Assembly (NCBI GenBank): GCA_030704615.1
Contig: CM060734.1
Location: 1-64,000 of the forward strand
From: Takakia lepidozioides
Lineage: Eukaryota; Plantae; Bryophyta
DNA: 64,000 bases
Direction: 5' to 3'
The translations under genes were made by a program, and so were the position numbers. The notes below the pieces were generated by a model, which saw nothing but the letters and a program-made list of their open reading frames with translations, was not told the DNA's origin and did not search any database. Positions 12,007-24,939 of this stretch are shown here, one piece after another. How positions within the stretch are numbered: the stretch's first letter is position 1; every line of letters begins with the position of its first letter.

Positions 12007-13839
12007 TCATGCACGGCCATAGCTACTATCCATGGTAGAATAGTTAATCTTGGTCATCATCATTGAGGCATCTTGGTATGGGGGAAGATATAGAACTTGA
12101 AAGCAAGTGCTTGCTTGAATGCATGGATAGTCGTGTCGATTGAGAAGCTGTATGTTGATGTCTTTGCCGCCAAAGTACTCCAATCCAGTGATGAAAATAG
12201 CCAATCGAGACCTCTCAGCATAGGTCATTTGCTCCACAGAATCTCGAAACCATTTCTGTTGGAGGGGCAATATAGATACATCTGCACTTCCTCAAGAAAT
12301 CACTTGCTTCAATTGCACAAGCACCGTTGAATACAACACGCATTGTATCAGGAGATATGCCTTTCAAATTATCTTTCATTCTATCCTTCATGGTCTGTCC
12401 ACATGGTGCTTGTTCCACAACCATCAAAAACCCCTCTTGCATTGCCTTCACGATCAAATTGCGTCCATTGAAGAGATGACTCCAAACAATGGCTCCAATC
12501 TTTTGCTCCACTTCAGATTCCCAATTCTCTTCTGTCAAATTAAAATCCGAGAATGTCCAAGCCAAGTCTTCCTGCGTCTCATCCTCTTGTAGTCTTCGAA
12601 TCAATTTCATTGCCTCCTCTCTTGATTTTCTAAGGCAATTTAAGATTGACCATTTTGGGACTTGGTCACAAAACATGATCAAAGTTGCAAATGAAAAAGG
12701 TCATGAGACTTCCAATTCGTTTGATGCGAGCATGAAGATCAAATGCCCTAGCATCTTGGCCTGTAATATTGTACACAACCAAAAGCAAAAATGAACAGTG
12801 ATGTCTAAAATTCAAACTAAGAAATGAATTAAGTGAAGTAAACCAAAGTACATCTGTATTTGAATCCAGTGAAGGGAAGCCAATGTCATGTGCAGAAACA
12901 ACTACACCTGAAATGGAGAACTCCAGTAGCAAGGGGAAAGAAAAAGCCAAGGAGTATCTTCAAGAATAATTCATGCATGACAATATAAAACAAATGAGTT
13001 TACAAATCCAAATCTCACCGCATCCAATTGAATGTCTGCGCGTATGACCTTAGAATCCAATTTTGGATGCAATAGCTTTCCTTGGAGATTGTCAGGATAT
13101 TCAAATATTGAATTGTAGCTTTGTGAACCAACAACAAAATCATTAGTCTTTGCAAACACCATTCAACTTTTTCATGAAATACAACAACAAAAAAACCCTA
13201 AGTAGGCAAAATGTGCATCAAAGCAAATGATCACAAATAATCTGAAAATATGATAGTTTATGTTTCGTGCTTACGAAAGAGGTAGACCAGAATTGCTTCC
13301 AAGTATTTGTGAGCCATGCATCGCGCAAACCATCTTCATCGATAGTCAATTTCTCTGCAATGCCGTTGGAATGAACAAATTCAACCTTTGGTTTATAGCA
13401 AGCTGTTTGATGTTTCATCTCATTCCACTGAAGGTTGAAAGCTTGAAGCTCCTTCGTTTGGGTCACCTTAAAAACAACACCAAAGTTTCAATACCTTTGA
13501 AGTTTCAAATTCTAAGTGACAGCAAGCTTACAACATATGATATCATGACAGTGCATGAACTCAACTGAATATCTTCGTGACATTGATGTTGGAAAAGTCC
13601 AACCATCTTTTGTAGGGCTTGAAAACAATTTGATTGATGTAATACCGTTGAAATTTCAATATGGCTTCATCAACCTTCTCTTTTGCTTGTAAAAGTGTTG
13701 CCTAGTCTTGGTGAGTCTCGAATTTATTTGAGCAACACATAAGCTCAAGTTGGGCCACCGACATTCGAGGACTTAGACACAGCTAGATCCTATGTATCCC
13801 AATCTTTCCAAAAAGGTTGCGCCGCGAGCTCAAATTGTA
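12007..13839 (-). pseudogene. HECT-domain E3 ubiquitin ligase, multi-exon, frameshifted
   Basis: N-lobe motif PKVEFV...E..IDEDGLRDAWLTNTWKQF (13218-13466); LLHP (12971-13162); RIGSLMTFFICN (12666-12950); AMQEGF (12215-12682); C-lobe KWFRDSVEQMTYAERSRLAIFITG...QASTCFQVLYLPPY with the catalytic Cys and a short C-terminal tail (12007-12270). Frameshifts near 12270 and 12680. Confidence 0.8.
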
Positions 13840-14002
13840 TTCGAATATCAGCATCAAAACCACCCAATCCGGATGAAGATCGAGAGCAACACGAATCCCG
13901 TGAACCACCGCCTCGCAACCTCCTAGAGTGGCGACCCCGAACTGGTGAGGAAAGAGGTGGGCGGAGGAGAATGCGTCTCGAAACTGAAGACAAAGTGAGC
14001 GC
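13840..14002 (-). mobile_element. CRE-clade-like non-LTR fragment (start of RT domain)
   Basis: RSLCLQFRDAFS..HLFPHQFGVATLGGCEAVVHGIRVALDLHPDWVVL..ADIR, the RT region immediately upstream of NAFNTVSR. Confidence 0.8.
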
Positions 14003-14758
14003 CGGGGTTTCAAGTCTGGAGAATGCGGGAGAGTTTGCTGGAGTTGGGGGCAGCTATGTGCAGATGCGGAGATCGGAGGCGTGCTAAGCTCTTGCAAGAT
14101 TTTGACAGTACTTGGGGCAGAGGTGGAAGGATCTGCACCAGGCTTTCAGATGCAAAGATTGAATGGAATGACCATATCCCGGCAGACTGGCAGCTCGCTT
14201 AGTTCCAAGCGCTCCCCAACAAGTGGTGATGAGCCCGAGGTTAATTGGAGGCACCGGCGTTCTTTTGGAAAAGGGAAAGCCAAAGCACAGCTTTCGTTTG
14301 GCCCTATCAATTAGTTTTTGCTTTCTTTTCAGATCTGCTATGAAACACACCAGGTTGCGGTCTCAGTAAATCAGCAGTGTGGGGCTCACTCATCTGTAGT
14401 TCTAGTCCTCCTGCGTTGTGACTGTGACCAACAGGCACGCAACAGCGGAGTATTGGTGTTGAGAAAAGCATAATTTGTGAGCTCTACGTTGTGGATTCTT
14501 GGAGGTTTTCTTTACCTAGTGGGCAGTGATCACGCAGAGATTTATGGGCCAAGAGGAATAAAGTTGGAGGAGAGGAAAGAGACGGAGAGGGGGAAGAGGA
14601 GGAGGAGGAACGGCTGCCGAGCTCCGGAGTGATGAAGATTGAGAGGAATTTGGTGTGCCTTGGGGGACGTAGAGAGAGAATACGGCGGTGTAGTAGACAA
14701 TGGATGAAGCGAATATGTTGTCACTTCCGTGGTTAGGGTGGAGTGAAGCAGGACAGGA

Positions 14759-16690
14759 ATGAAGGAAGAATTGGCCAAGGCATTACTGCGAGCTGCACGT
14801 CGACAGGGCCATGAGAACGTTGAACTGCGGCGTGAGGGGCCGCATACCATCTTTTTCTGCACTTTATGTGGCACGCGATGCTATAGTGATGCTGCCCTGG
14901 CTGATCATCTGAATGGAAATCGACATGCTCGCCGCACTGCTTCCTGTCTTGTAAAAGAGCTTTCTTCAAGCTCGGCCCTTGTTTCTCAAGAGCCGGAACC
15001 ACTTCTACATAAGAGTGTGGTTGTTGAAAGCAGTGGTGGTGAGGTGTCGAAGGAAAGCACAGCATTATGTTCGTATGAAGGGGTCCCTGATGTCGGAGAT
15101 GGAAAACAGGCGGAGGCGGTGCTTGCAGTATCCAGTTCAACTGCACTTCTGGGCTCTTCAACTACCTCTCTGCAATGGATTGGCAGTGGCCAGCTTTTTC
15201 TCAAAACATGCTCCAACGGGGGTAGCCCACTTGTGGAGGCCTCGTGGTTTTCCTGGCAGGGAATGCATAAGCCTGTGGAGACTAACTGTCACGAAGGCAA
15301 TGTTGGGAGGATGGAGTATGCTGTGGTTGTATTTCCTTACAGCGACAGGATTGGCAGAGGGGGGGATTGGACCTCCTTGAATGCAGCAGGCGAGAACAAA
15401 TGCACCGGTGGTGCTCAATCAGACGCTTCTTTGTCACCTGACGTTCGAAACGAACAATTCAAGAGTCATGAGACGAATGGAAGCAAGGTCGCAATATCTC
15501 GGGATATTGTTGTGTACACGGAGGCTGCTCCGTCCACACAACCTGACACAACCCCCTGCTCATTGACTCTAACAATCAGAACAAAACCTCGAGAAGCACT
15601 CTCTGGTGATTTGCCACAAATTGACAACGAGCAGGAAAACCATTCCTGTGGCAAGGAAGCAACAGTCAGAACTCTTCGCCGAGGCTGGCAGAGAAAAAAA
15701 ACTAAAAACCTAGACAGACTCTGTTTTATTTGCCACCAAAGGTTGCTTCCAGCCAAAGATGTTGCGGCACTGGTGAATGTAAAGTCTGGACAGATGGTTT
15801 GCGGCAGCCGAAACAGGCGTGGGGTAATCACTCACTTGACGCCTGTCCAACTGTCCTCTCTATAGCATGTGGAAGAGTGAACTCTATTTCTGGTGGTCTT
15901 ATTCTGTTTCCAATTCTTGCAAATGAAGTCTCAAATTTGACATGTCTGTTGTTCGCAGGTCTTCCATGTCTTCCACAGTTTCTGTTTGATTGACTGGATC
16001 TCTTTTTGTGAAGCAAAAGCTTGGGATGCATCTTGTACAGTAAATCATTACAAAAAGGTGCGTAGAAGTAGGCAAGCTGGTAGGGAGCAAGCACTTGACT
16101 GGAGCCCCAGACAAGCAGTTGGTGGAGGAGTTCATACCACAGTAGGGGAGGAAGGAGCCATCTTCTGTCCAGAATGCCAAGGCACAGGTGTAAAAATGTG
16201 TGGTGGACTGCTTGAGCCACCTCGTCACCGGCTAGCACAGGTATATCACTGCTTGAATTGGCCTGATGAATTTAACTTGAGCACTTGGCAGCTGCCTAAT
16301 TGCATGGAACATATGGCTCTACATGCTAGTGCAGCTCCTTTGCATACTAGTCTTCTCCTTCTGACATGAATATTCCTTCTTCTTGCGATTCTCCTCATTC
16401 TAGTAGCTGCTCGGGGTGCAGGTTTTTGATTGGCTGTTGGAATTGATTCAAGCAAGGAAAGCTTGGATAGATCACCCAGTGCAGCATGTCAAAGGCACCA
16501 CTGGTCTTATGTTTGTGACACCTGAAAAAACAAAATCTCAGGTACAGCAACATTGCCAGCATCAGTTGTTGGAGTGAAAGGAAATTTTGCGTGTGTTTCT
16601 CCCCATTCTTAGGGATTCTGTGGAGCCAGTCTGTGCTCCACTGCATCCATGAACTACATGTGCTCCATTTGGATTTTTATGAATAGCCAT
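14759..16690 (+). CDS. Conserved plant zinc-finger protein (N-terminal C2H2, C-terminal RING/PHD-like Cys/His cluster); exons 14759-15823, 15959-16240, 16422-16541 and an uncertain last exon ~16612-16690
   Basis: FFCTLCGTRCYSDAALADHLNGNRH C2H2; CFICHQRLL..GQMVCGSRNRRG|VFHVFHSFCLIDW..FCPECQGTG. Phase-0 GT-AG introns at 15824-15958 and 16241-16421 join in frame. The frame of the terminal exon is not resolved. Confidence 0.8.
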
Positions 16691-18796
16691 GGTCTACAAA
16701 GGATTGAACTTGATCTTAGCCTGGTCTGCTTGGAAGCAGGGTGTGGTTCAATCGCAAGGGTTAATCCATTGCTATTCGGCTGGAAGCTCAGGGGCATCGG
16801 GAGGAAATGTTCTTGACAGGTCAGTCTTACTGGTGGTTATCACCTAATCTATCAACTTGCTGTAGATGAGCTTGCAATGTGCTTCTGTTCATGTCTGCAG
16901 CAGCCACGTTTTTTACATGTGAACCAAGTGCTCATCCCTGGTTAGAGATAGCTCAAGTATGGCTATCAACACTGTTTATACAACCGCTAGAGCGTTCTGA
17001 TTTTATGAAGCTTCAAATTGGTGGATGCTTGTTGACTAGGCATCACTGTGGGCCTCACAGGCGTAATGAGCTCCTGCAATTGATGCAGTAATGGGTCAGG
17101 CTGCTGCAGACCTACCCAAAGAATCAGATCTGTAGACTTGGAAGTTTTGGTTATGCTGTCCACTTTTAGGTAACTCTCGTCTTGAGCTGTTGCTCCAGGG
17201 ATTCTTTTGCCTGTTTCCCCTCCTTGATTTGTGGTTCACAGGGGGAGAGGCCCCATATAATTGTGACAAGGTGTTTGTTTTCCGCAAATGCATGATGGAC
17301 CATGCCTTCTTAGTTTCAGTGTCTGAAGCTGACCTGTTCTAATATTACAGTGATTGGATGTGCAATTTGAAATGAGACTTGGCAGGAGGCCTACTGAAGC
17401 GGAGGGTCATGCCTGAGACGTGGACACAGATATGTTATATCAAGATGAGAAATGGAGAATCAGAGTACAAAAGTTGGCATGTAGATGTGAATATATGTTT
17501 TCATAGTCTTATCTGGTTCCGCTCGGGTGCTTGTCAATATTCATGCAGATAGATGGTGGGATGTTATAGATGGTGGTGTGTATATGGTATGGAAGTCCTG
17601 CTGTAAGAACGTACTTGCTACAAGAATGTGCTGTAAAGTAATGTTATAGTACACGAAATAGATGTTCAAAATTCAGACCCTCTATCCATGAATTTTCCTA
17701 AGCTTTTTCTGCAGTCAGTCTGATTTCAGCACGCCTTGCATCTCAAATTTAATGTCTACAAGACTTCTCCAAAGACAATGGTGAGGCAATTTCCATGATT
17801 TGACCAAGCCCATCACTTCTATAGGTGTCCTTGGCGGAACTGGTTGTAATCAGCCAGGACAGAAAAGTATGGCGCAGTGACATCAAGCTTTGGTAGTGCT
17901 GAGCTATGTTCCACAGGGCAGCATCCAGCCATAACACTTTATCTGACAGTTGTGAGGATACACATGTCATGCACTGGTGGACACATTACACTAGATGGTT
18001 CTGGAGATCCTCTCACTGCTTTGCAAAGGATTATCTCGAGGTCTGAGAAGAGTATGGATGCAGGTTGTTCCCCTCTAGTCAAATGCAAAGAGAAGTGGTT
18101 TCTAGTTCATGCCAATTTTTTATTTTTCACAGCAGAGCCCTTCCATCACACTTAGAAGTAGAATTTAGTAAGAGGAACGCCCACCTTAGAGGAAGACACA
18201 TGTGGCCAATGTGGGAAGAAGAGAGAGGAGAGCAGGAGGAAACAGTAGGCTGCACAGAGAGAAAGGAAAGACAAGAATTGGGGCAACGTTGTCGTGGCTT
18301 TTCTTCCGCAGTTGCTGCTGCTTCTCGCCTTTGTACTCTTCCTTGCCTTCCCATATGCATGGAAGTGGGCACTTGTCTTTTGGGATGGTTAGAAGCTGAG
18401 ACAACTGCTGCAGCCTAAAGCTGGAGCGGTGTTTAGGCAGCTCGGACCTTTGATTTGTACAACAAGTAGACCATTGTAGTTTGTTGGAACACAATGAGCT
18501 TGTGAATGTGTGTTGTCAGTTGATTTATACTGTTTGTTTTGCAGTATTGACCCGACCAAGCTTAGAATGACTGCAGCATCCTTGCCCTCTCTGTCAAAGG
18601 TCTACACTATAAAATCGTGCGTTGCTTGAGAAATGCTGCTCTAGTATTCTTCCTTGTCGACCGAACTCTAGTCCTGTTAAGGCCTTGCAGTTCAGGGGAG
18701 AGAGAGGCTGTTAAATATAGGCTTGCATGTAGAGCTCTCCAGTTGGACACAGCAAGGAACAGGGCGGTAAGAGAGAAGCGGAGAAGGGGGGTAGAG

Positions 18797-19956
18797 ATGG
18801 AGAGGCGGTACTGGATGGTCGTTCTGCTGCCATTCATGGTACTTGCATTCTTTGCGACCTCCAATATGCAGCACTGGCTATGGCCTCAGAAATTGGGGGG
18901 ACCCCACCAGGAGACGATGATGCAGGCTGAGCTGCAGTCTCTGGCATTGCTGAAACGCCAAGAGAACGGGCTCTTCAGGCTGGAACTCCACCATCAATTT
19001 CACAGGGAGTGACGAGTACAAGGAGGAGATCTTGACACAACTCAAGTTGAACCAGGAACTGCAGCAGACCTTGCTGTCCAGCTACCAGAATGAGTCAAGC
19101 ATTCAGCCCCTCAACCACGGGGAGTACGCAAGTGTGGACGCCGTGAGCGCCACCCACTGCCGAACGGCCAATGCGGGTGGGGGTGGAAGGAATGGGCTTG
19201 TATGGCAGCCCAAGGCGAACCGGTACCTAGTTGCGATCTGTGACTCGGGACAGATGTCCAACCACTTAATCTGCATAGCGAAGCCCAAGCCACCCTCGTG
19301 CTGCAGATTTTGTGGCCAGATTCAGCTCGAACGAGGAGGTGATTGCTATTGGAGATGTATATTATGCGGATGTTGAAGAAGAATGGGTGAATCAGGCCGG
19401 GGGACCGTTGGGTCACACCTGCAAGAGCATAGTGCAGCCCAATCGCTTGGTGGTTCTCACAGCCCAGCGGTTTATGCAGACCTATTTGGGGCGCCACTAC
19501 CTTGCCTTGCACTTCCGACGCCATGGATTCCTAACCTTCTGCAATCAACAGCACCCAAGCTGCTTCTTCCCGATTCCGCAGGCCGTCGAATGCATTGTCC
19601 GCAAGCTGCGCGAGACAGGGGCGAGGGTGATCTACTTGTCCACAGACGCGGGCGAGAGCGAGATCAGCGTGCTCCGCTCCTTGCTGCCCGTGCCGCTGGT
19701 GCGACGGGCCGAGATGCACGAAGCACGCGCTAAGTGGGACGCTCTGCTTGAGCGCAACAAGCTGAGCAACGACCCGGTGGTGGTGGGCATGCTGGACAAA
19801 ACCATCGCTGCGCTTGCCGAGGTCTTCATAGGCACAAAGGGCTCCACCTTCACAGACGACATCAATCGTCTGCGCCATGACTGGCGCACCGCCTCCTCCT
19901 GTGACGCCTGTCTGTGCCGCGGCGAGCACCCCTCCTTCCAAGCAGACCCACCTTAA
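18797..19956 (+). pseudogene. O-fucosyltransferase family (OFUT36-like, POFUT2/GT68 fold), internally deleted and frameshifted
   Basis: Type II TM anchor (RYWMVVLLPFMVLAFF); WQPKANRYLVAICDSGQMSNHLICI; GDVYYADVE..GGPLGHTCK..ALHFRRHGFL.FCN..SCFFPIPQA..IYLSTDA..MLDKTIAA..FIGTKGSTFT. Frame breaks at ~19010 and ~19280-19320, where a large middle block appears to be missing. Confidence 0.8.
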
Positions 19957-21099
19957 ACCTTCCTATCTTGAGCCCCCTCTGCTTGGTGAGGTGGAGCCCA
20001 CATTGTGAGCGTCTCACACGACTTGATGCAAAGCCGGATCAAGAGAGCTTCATCTGATGCTCGATCAGGATAGATACCGATTAGTTAGTTTTGTGCTCTG
20101 GGTGTTGTTCACTGTTGCCTAATTTGCTGGAACAGCGGACATATGTACATAACAAGTAGCTCGTCTTGAAATCTGCGTGAGGCTTTACTATCAGACACCT
20201 TGGAACCTCAATCTAAAATGAAGCAGTGCGATGAGTTGTTTTAGAGCAGATTTGTGGCAATCCCAAGCGAGAACAGGTGCAAACACGCAGAGGCCATAGA
20301 CCTGAATCTCTCTCTCCACATGCATTATGTCTACAAATGTAGACTGGCTGTATTTGGGATATGTTTGCTGTCTGTCTCTGTCACTCTTTGAGATTGTGTT
20401 CTACATGAACGCATAAGTTGAAAACTAACATGATGCAGGGGTCCTCAACTACCAAACATTCATAAGGATCATTCGGGGGGTCTGCGATACCCAGCAATCG
20501 TGATCAGTTCATGGAGGGGTGTATTGTCCTGTAGGGCCCATGCTTTGTTGTGACGAGTATTCTCAGAGATCAAAGTGCCTATGCTCGTAACGGCACGATG
20601 TGTTATGATCATGCGCTGCTCACAAAGGAAAGCTGATGAAATCTTGGCCCGCAACCTGAGAAAAGGATCATATCTATAGATGGATGTTGACACATGTATG
20701 CCACATCAGGCAGGCACTCTGCAGGTTCATTAGTGGAACTGGATACATATGTCAGAAGCATTAGTGCAAGATCATGGAAGGAAGAAAGGCACAGCGTTGA
20801 GTAGCGGTGGGACCCACGATGCTGGTGGAACCCACGATGGTGGCTGCGTGTCGTACCAAGACCCAGCACCAATGTCTGCAAATGGATTCCGGTGGGCCCC
20901 CTGCTGGAGGCGCAAGGAGGCAACGACTACCCTCCGACCTCCGCAACATTGCCCCCATGGAAATAGGCCCTGGTTTTACCCGGTTATAGGCTCCGCTTCC
21001 TTTATGGGCTCACGTTTAAGAAATGCGCTCATACTTAAGAAATCTGCTCACGCTTAACAAAATGTGCTCACGCGCTAGCTTCCCTCGGGAATACTCACC

Positions 21100-22170
21100 T
21101 ACCTGTCCCAACATGAGGCTGTGCCGAAGGCGTCTGTGAGCAGAAGGGCCTGGTTGTGAAGAAGTGTCAGTAGGAGCACGTGTTGCGAGGGCTTGTGCTC
21201 AGAGATAATGCCCTCCTCAGTCTCCCGCGAGAAAGCGTCGGAGCCGGATTCGAGTCTCTCTATGACCAGCCTTACCACCACGTGGTGGCAAAACCAAACA
21301 CCACTGGGCAAACAACAGAAGAAGATACCACGCCGACACGTCGGCAGGATCCCGGGCCAGTTTGTCTAGAGGCATGCGAAAGCAATGCTGGACCTCTTGA
21401 CGAAGGGCCACCGGGATGCGTCCCGGATGCGTGTGTAGAGGCGGGGGCGGGGTAATCCCAAATGAAAAGCTCCAAGGACATCCAACGAGGAGAGCCACGC
21501 CCATGCAGTGGGTGGAGGGGGAGCTTGCAAAACACTGAGGGGAGTGGGTACAGAAGAACCATCATGGTTAGCTTGCCGAAAGGCTGTGAAAGTGTGCTGG
21601 TGGCGAGCCAAACCTCTGATTTGGGCGAAAGGGGGACCGCAAGCCGAGCAAGGAATACGTTCTGTAGTAGGAACAACTGGTGGTTGTGGAAATGATGGAA
21701 ATGGTGGAACCGTTGGAGGGGGTGGAGCTGCTGGAGGAGACGGCAAAATGGAAGGTCGAGGGGCAAAAGGAGAGTGAGAATGTACCCGCTGTCTGGAGCG
21801 AGATGGAGAACCCGGTGGTGAGGTGACCTCTGAGGGACTTTAGTGCAGCCAGAAAGGCGGAGTGGAGCAAACGTAGTGATGGGACTGTGCACGCCGGTTG
21901 GATCTTCAAGCAAGTGGTCATGTTGCTGAGGAAGACAAACGCGGCCGGGTTGGTATTGTGGCAAACTTCTAGCCGTCACTACCACTGGGGCGTCTTGCTG
22001 GTGAGGTTGGGGTGAGGGGGATACCACTAGCTGGGGTCGAGGTACAGACGCTGGTGCTACCGCTGAAGGAGAATAGGACCTGGGCACAGGCAGAGTGGAT
22101 GTGGTACGTGTGCGGGAGCGTCTTCCTGTCTAGGCTGGTTGTCGACTCTCCGCTGGGTGTTGCCGATCGG
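21100..22170 (-). mobile_element. CRE-clade-like non-LTR retrotransposon, 5' portion (N-terminal C2H2 zinc finger)
   Basis: CSACGPPFAQIRGLARHQH zinc finger and Pro-rich linker, then IPVALRQEVQHCFRMPLDKLARDP..AWYLLLLFAQWCLVLPPRGGKAGHRETRIRLRRFLAGD; frameshifted. Confidence 0.7.
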
Positions 22171-22179
22171 TGGCGATCA

Positions 22180-23090
22180 TCACTTTCACATGAGAGAGAA
22201 TGCATGGAAACATGGACATGTTCGGACTTCAGTTTATGACGCCGTTGCTCAAGGTGAGGTGGTTTCAGGTATGGTGCAAGACATTGCAAGGGGCCCCTCT
22301 CAATTTGCGACCTCATACACGGCGGTTTGGGTTCACGGTCATCATTTCCGCATTTGTGTCTTGACATGAAGCGCAAACAACGTTTTTGATTCTGGCTTGT
22401 GTGCCACATATTGGCAAGACTCCGTGTGGGGCAAGGGAGATACACGACCTGCTATGAGCAAACTTGAGTACATTGGAGAGCTTGAGAGCATACTCCAACC
22501 TCAGTATACAAGGTAACGGCCTCTTCTCTTCAAGGGAAGGTGGTTCCAGCCACATCTTGTGGGGCCCTCCGCAACACTAGTGCAAGATGATTGTGGTTTC
22601 ATGCGCGTCAAGGCATATAGGCTCAACCCTACTCATCGTCCCTCTGATGAGCTTTTTTCATGGCCTTCAGACATGTAGCAAGTTTTCTTCTCCGATGACA
22701 AAACAAGAGGGGGAAATTGGAAGGTGGTTGTGCATGCTTAGCCAAGAGGAAGACGTATCTATCATGGTCTCGGATCTCCATGGGGTGAGGCAATTGCGGT
22801 GGAGGGAGAGACTGGTCATAATGATGCTGATGTTGGAGATTGGGTAGAGGGGGTAGAAGAGGATGATGACGCCCCGGAGAATGCATCCCGGACCTTATAT
22901 GATGAAGCTCCAGCAGATATGGATTTTGGAGAAAAAGATGAAGACACGGCCATTGAAAACAAGGTGGAGGATGATTCGGAGGTGCCTTTTGAGGGCCGGG
23001 CCATTTATGACGATGACTCCGATGACCAAGAAGACTTGTAGCTTGATGAGGAAGAAGAAGCTCCGGATAATGATGTTCAAGTTGATTAGA
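22180..23090 (+). mobile_element. CACTA/En-Spm transposase C-terminal remnant (DUF4216-like) with acidic tail
   Basis: IARGPSQFATSYTAVWVHGHHFR..YIGELESIL..LLFKGRWF..DDCGFMRVK..QVFFSDD..WKVV; multiple stops; D/E-rich tail at 22799-23041. Confidence 0.7.
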
Positions 23091-24939
23091 CACGTAATCA
23101 AAGCTACATAATAATTCTCGCACCAAACTATACCCATCCCTTCAATTGATTGTACATGTACATGCATATTGTAATTTATTTCTATGATTGATCAATGGTT
23201 GTGGCTGGTAGTCTTCCAAGAAAGAAGGCAGAGGCAATGAATATGTTGGAGCAACGCATGCAAATGTGACGTCAAGAGAATAATCAAAATGAATGTCCCA
23301 ATCTACAAGAAGGTACAATAAGAAGCTACAGTGCACACACCCTTAGACCATGTTACATTGCAACAACACCAAGAGGAGCTTGTTGCAACGAAAGTTGAAT
23401 TAGACATTTCTTTTGAAGAAGCGAATGTTGTGATGACAGAGACTGTTGCAATTAAAATGGCAATGGACTTTGCTTTTGAAGAAGATAATGGTTTGATGGA
23501 AGAGACGACAAAGTTTGTTGCAAGTCTCATTTCTTCCTTAAGACGGTTTTTCAAAGTTCGATGGCCTAGCACCCCCACCGGGAGAGAGGGAAGATATACA
23601 TGTCATGTCAAGACATGGACAAGACCGCTAAGGTCATTGTCATTGAAAGACAAAACAGCCCTTTACAGGGCACCATCTAACATTCCCTTTCATGTTTACA
23701 ATCTCATTTGAATACCCCATTACATTTCAGAGTCTCTGAAAAAACAGGGCGGGAGGGTGGGATTCCAGATCATTCATATCATGAAAGCACCATAGTATGC
23801 ATCATCATCTCAAAAATTCATTTCAAACTCATTTCAAAAAACCAGATTGTAGGTTTGGTTTGAAGATGATGTTTTAGAACCAAGATATAAGCAAGATTCT
23901 TAAGAAGAAACAAAAGGGTAGAGCCCCCTTAAGCAGGTATAGGCCTAGAATGGTATTTTAAGGCCTCATAAAATAGTTCTGCCAAGGTGAAAGAGCAGCT
24001 CAGAAACCCCTGTTTGTTATCAAGCCATGAAACCAAAATGATATGAGGGCCTTGAAGAATGTGTGTTATCTATCAAAGCTTATCCTTTTGATCCATCAGA
24101 GTCATACCAAGAAGTTTCATTTCAGAGCCAAGTATCAAGGCAGTCAGAGTAATAACTGCTATTTTGTATCCTTGTATCCTTCATAGCTTAACTCCTACAT
24201 ATGCAAATGTGGTTGTAAAAAACCAGAAACAGGGGTAAAGAGAGAAGCAAATCCTCATTGGAGCCATCTTGGAGCAGGTCTGAAGCGGCATGGTGGCAGT
24301 TTGAAACAGTAGCATAGGCAGCAGCAGAATCCACATTTGCAAGAACAGGAGCTGCAAGCTTTCAAGAAATCAAGACAAGTGAAGACCCTCACCTGTGCCC
24401 GTCCCAAAAACCACCACATAGCGATGTGTGTTAGTGAGGATGCAGCAGGTAAATGGCAGGTCTTCACAGTTGCTATCCATGTCAGTGTTGAATTCTAAAG
24501 CAAGTACAGATCACAATTCAAGCAAGGGTAAACTCAAAAAACCTTGAGTGTTTGTGGTATGCCCTGCGCCATGGCGTCCAACAGATCGTCTCCAACAGAA
24601 CGCAATCAGAGTAGAAGCGTTCACAGATAGAGAATGGCTCATACACAAAGAGAGAGCAACATGTAATCTGTAGATAAATAGGGATAGAGTACTTCCCAAC
24701 AAGGAGTAAAAGCGTCACTGCAAAATAAAGAACCATGAGTTTCTGATCAAAGCGATCACCGCTTTGTCGTCTGCCAGAGAAGAATCTGTTTAACCACCAA
24801 TGCGCATCCCAAGAGCCAGCCATCACGAGTACCATGTAGCAGCAGGGGAGCAGGTTTATACGGCGCATCATCAAGGTTCACTGAAGCACGAGTTCAGTGC
24901 TGTGAAGTGTGTCGGCCTGCTTAGGGCACAACTTCCCGA

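Noticed and set aside
24255-24900. Possible minus-strand exons of a host gene
   Set aside because: Some splice-like signals are present, but there is no consistent frame or protein family I can recognise.
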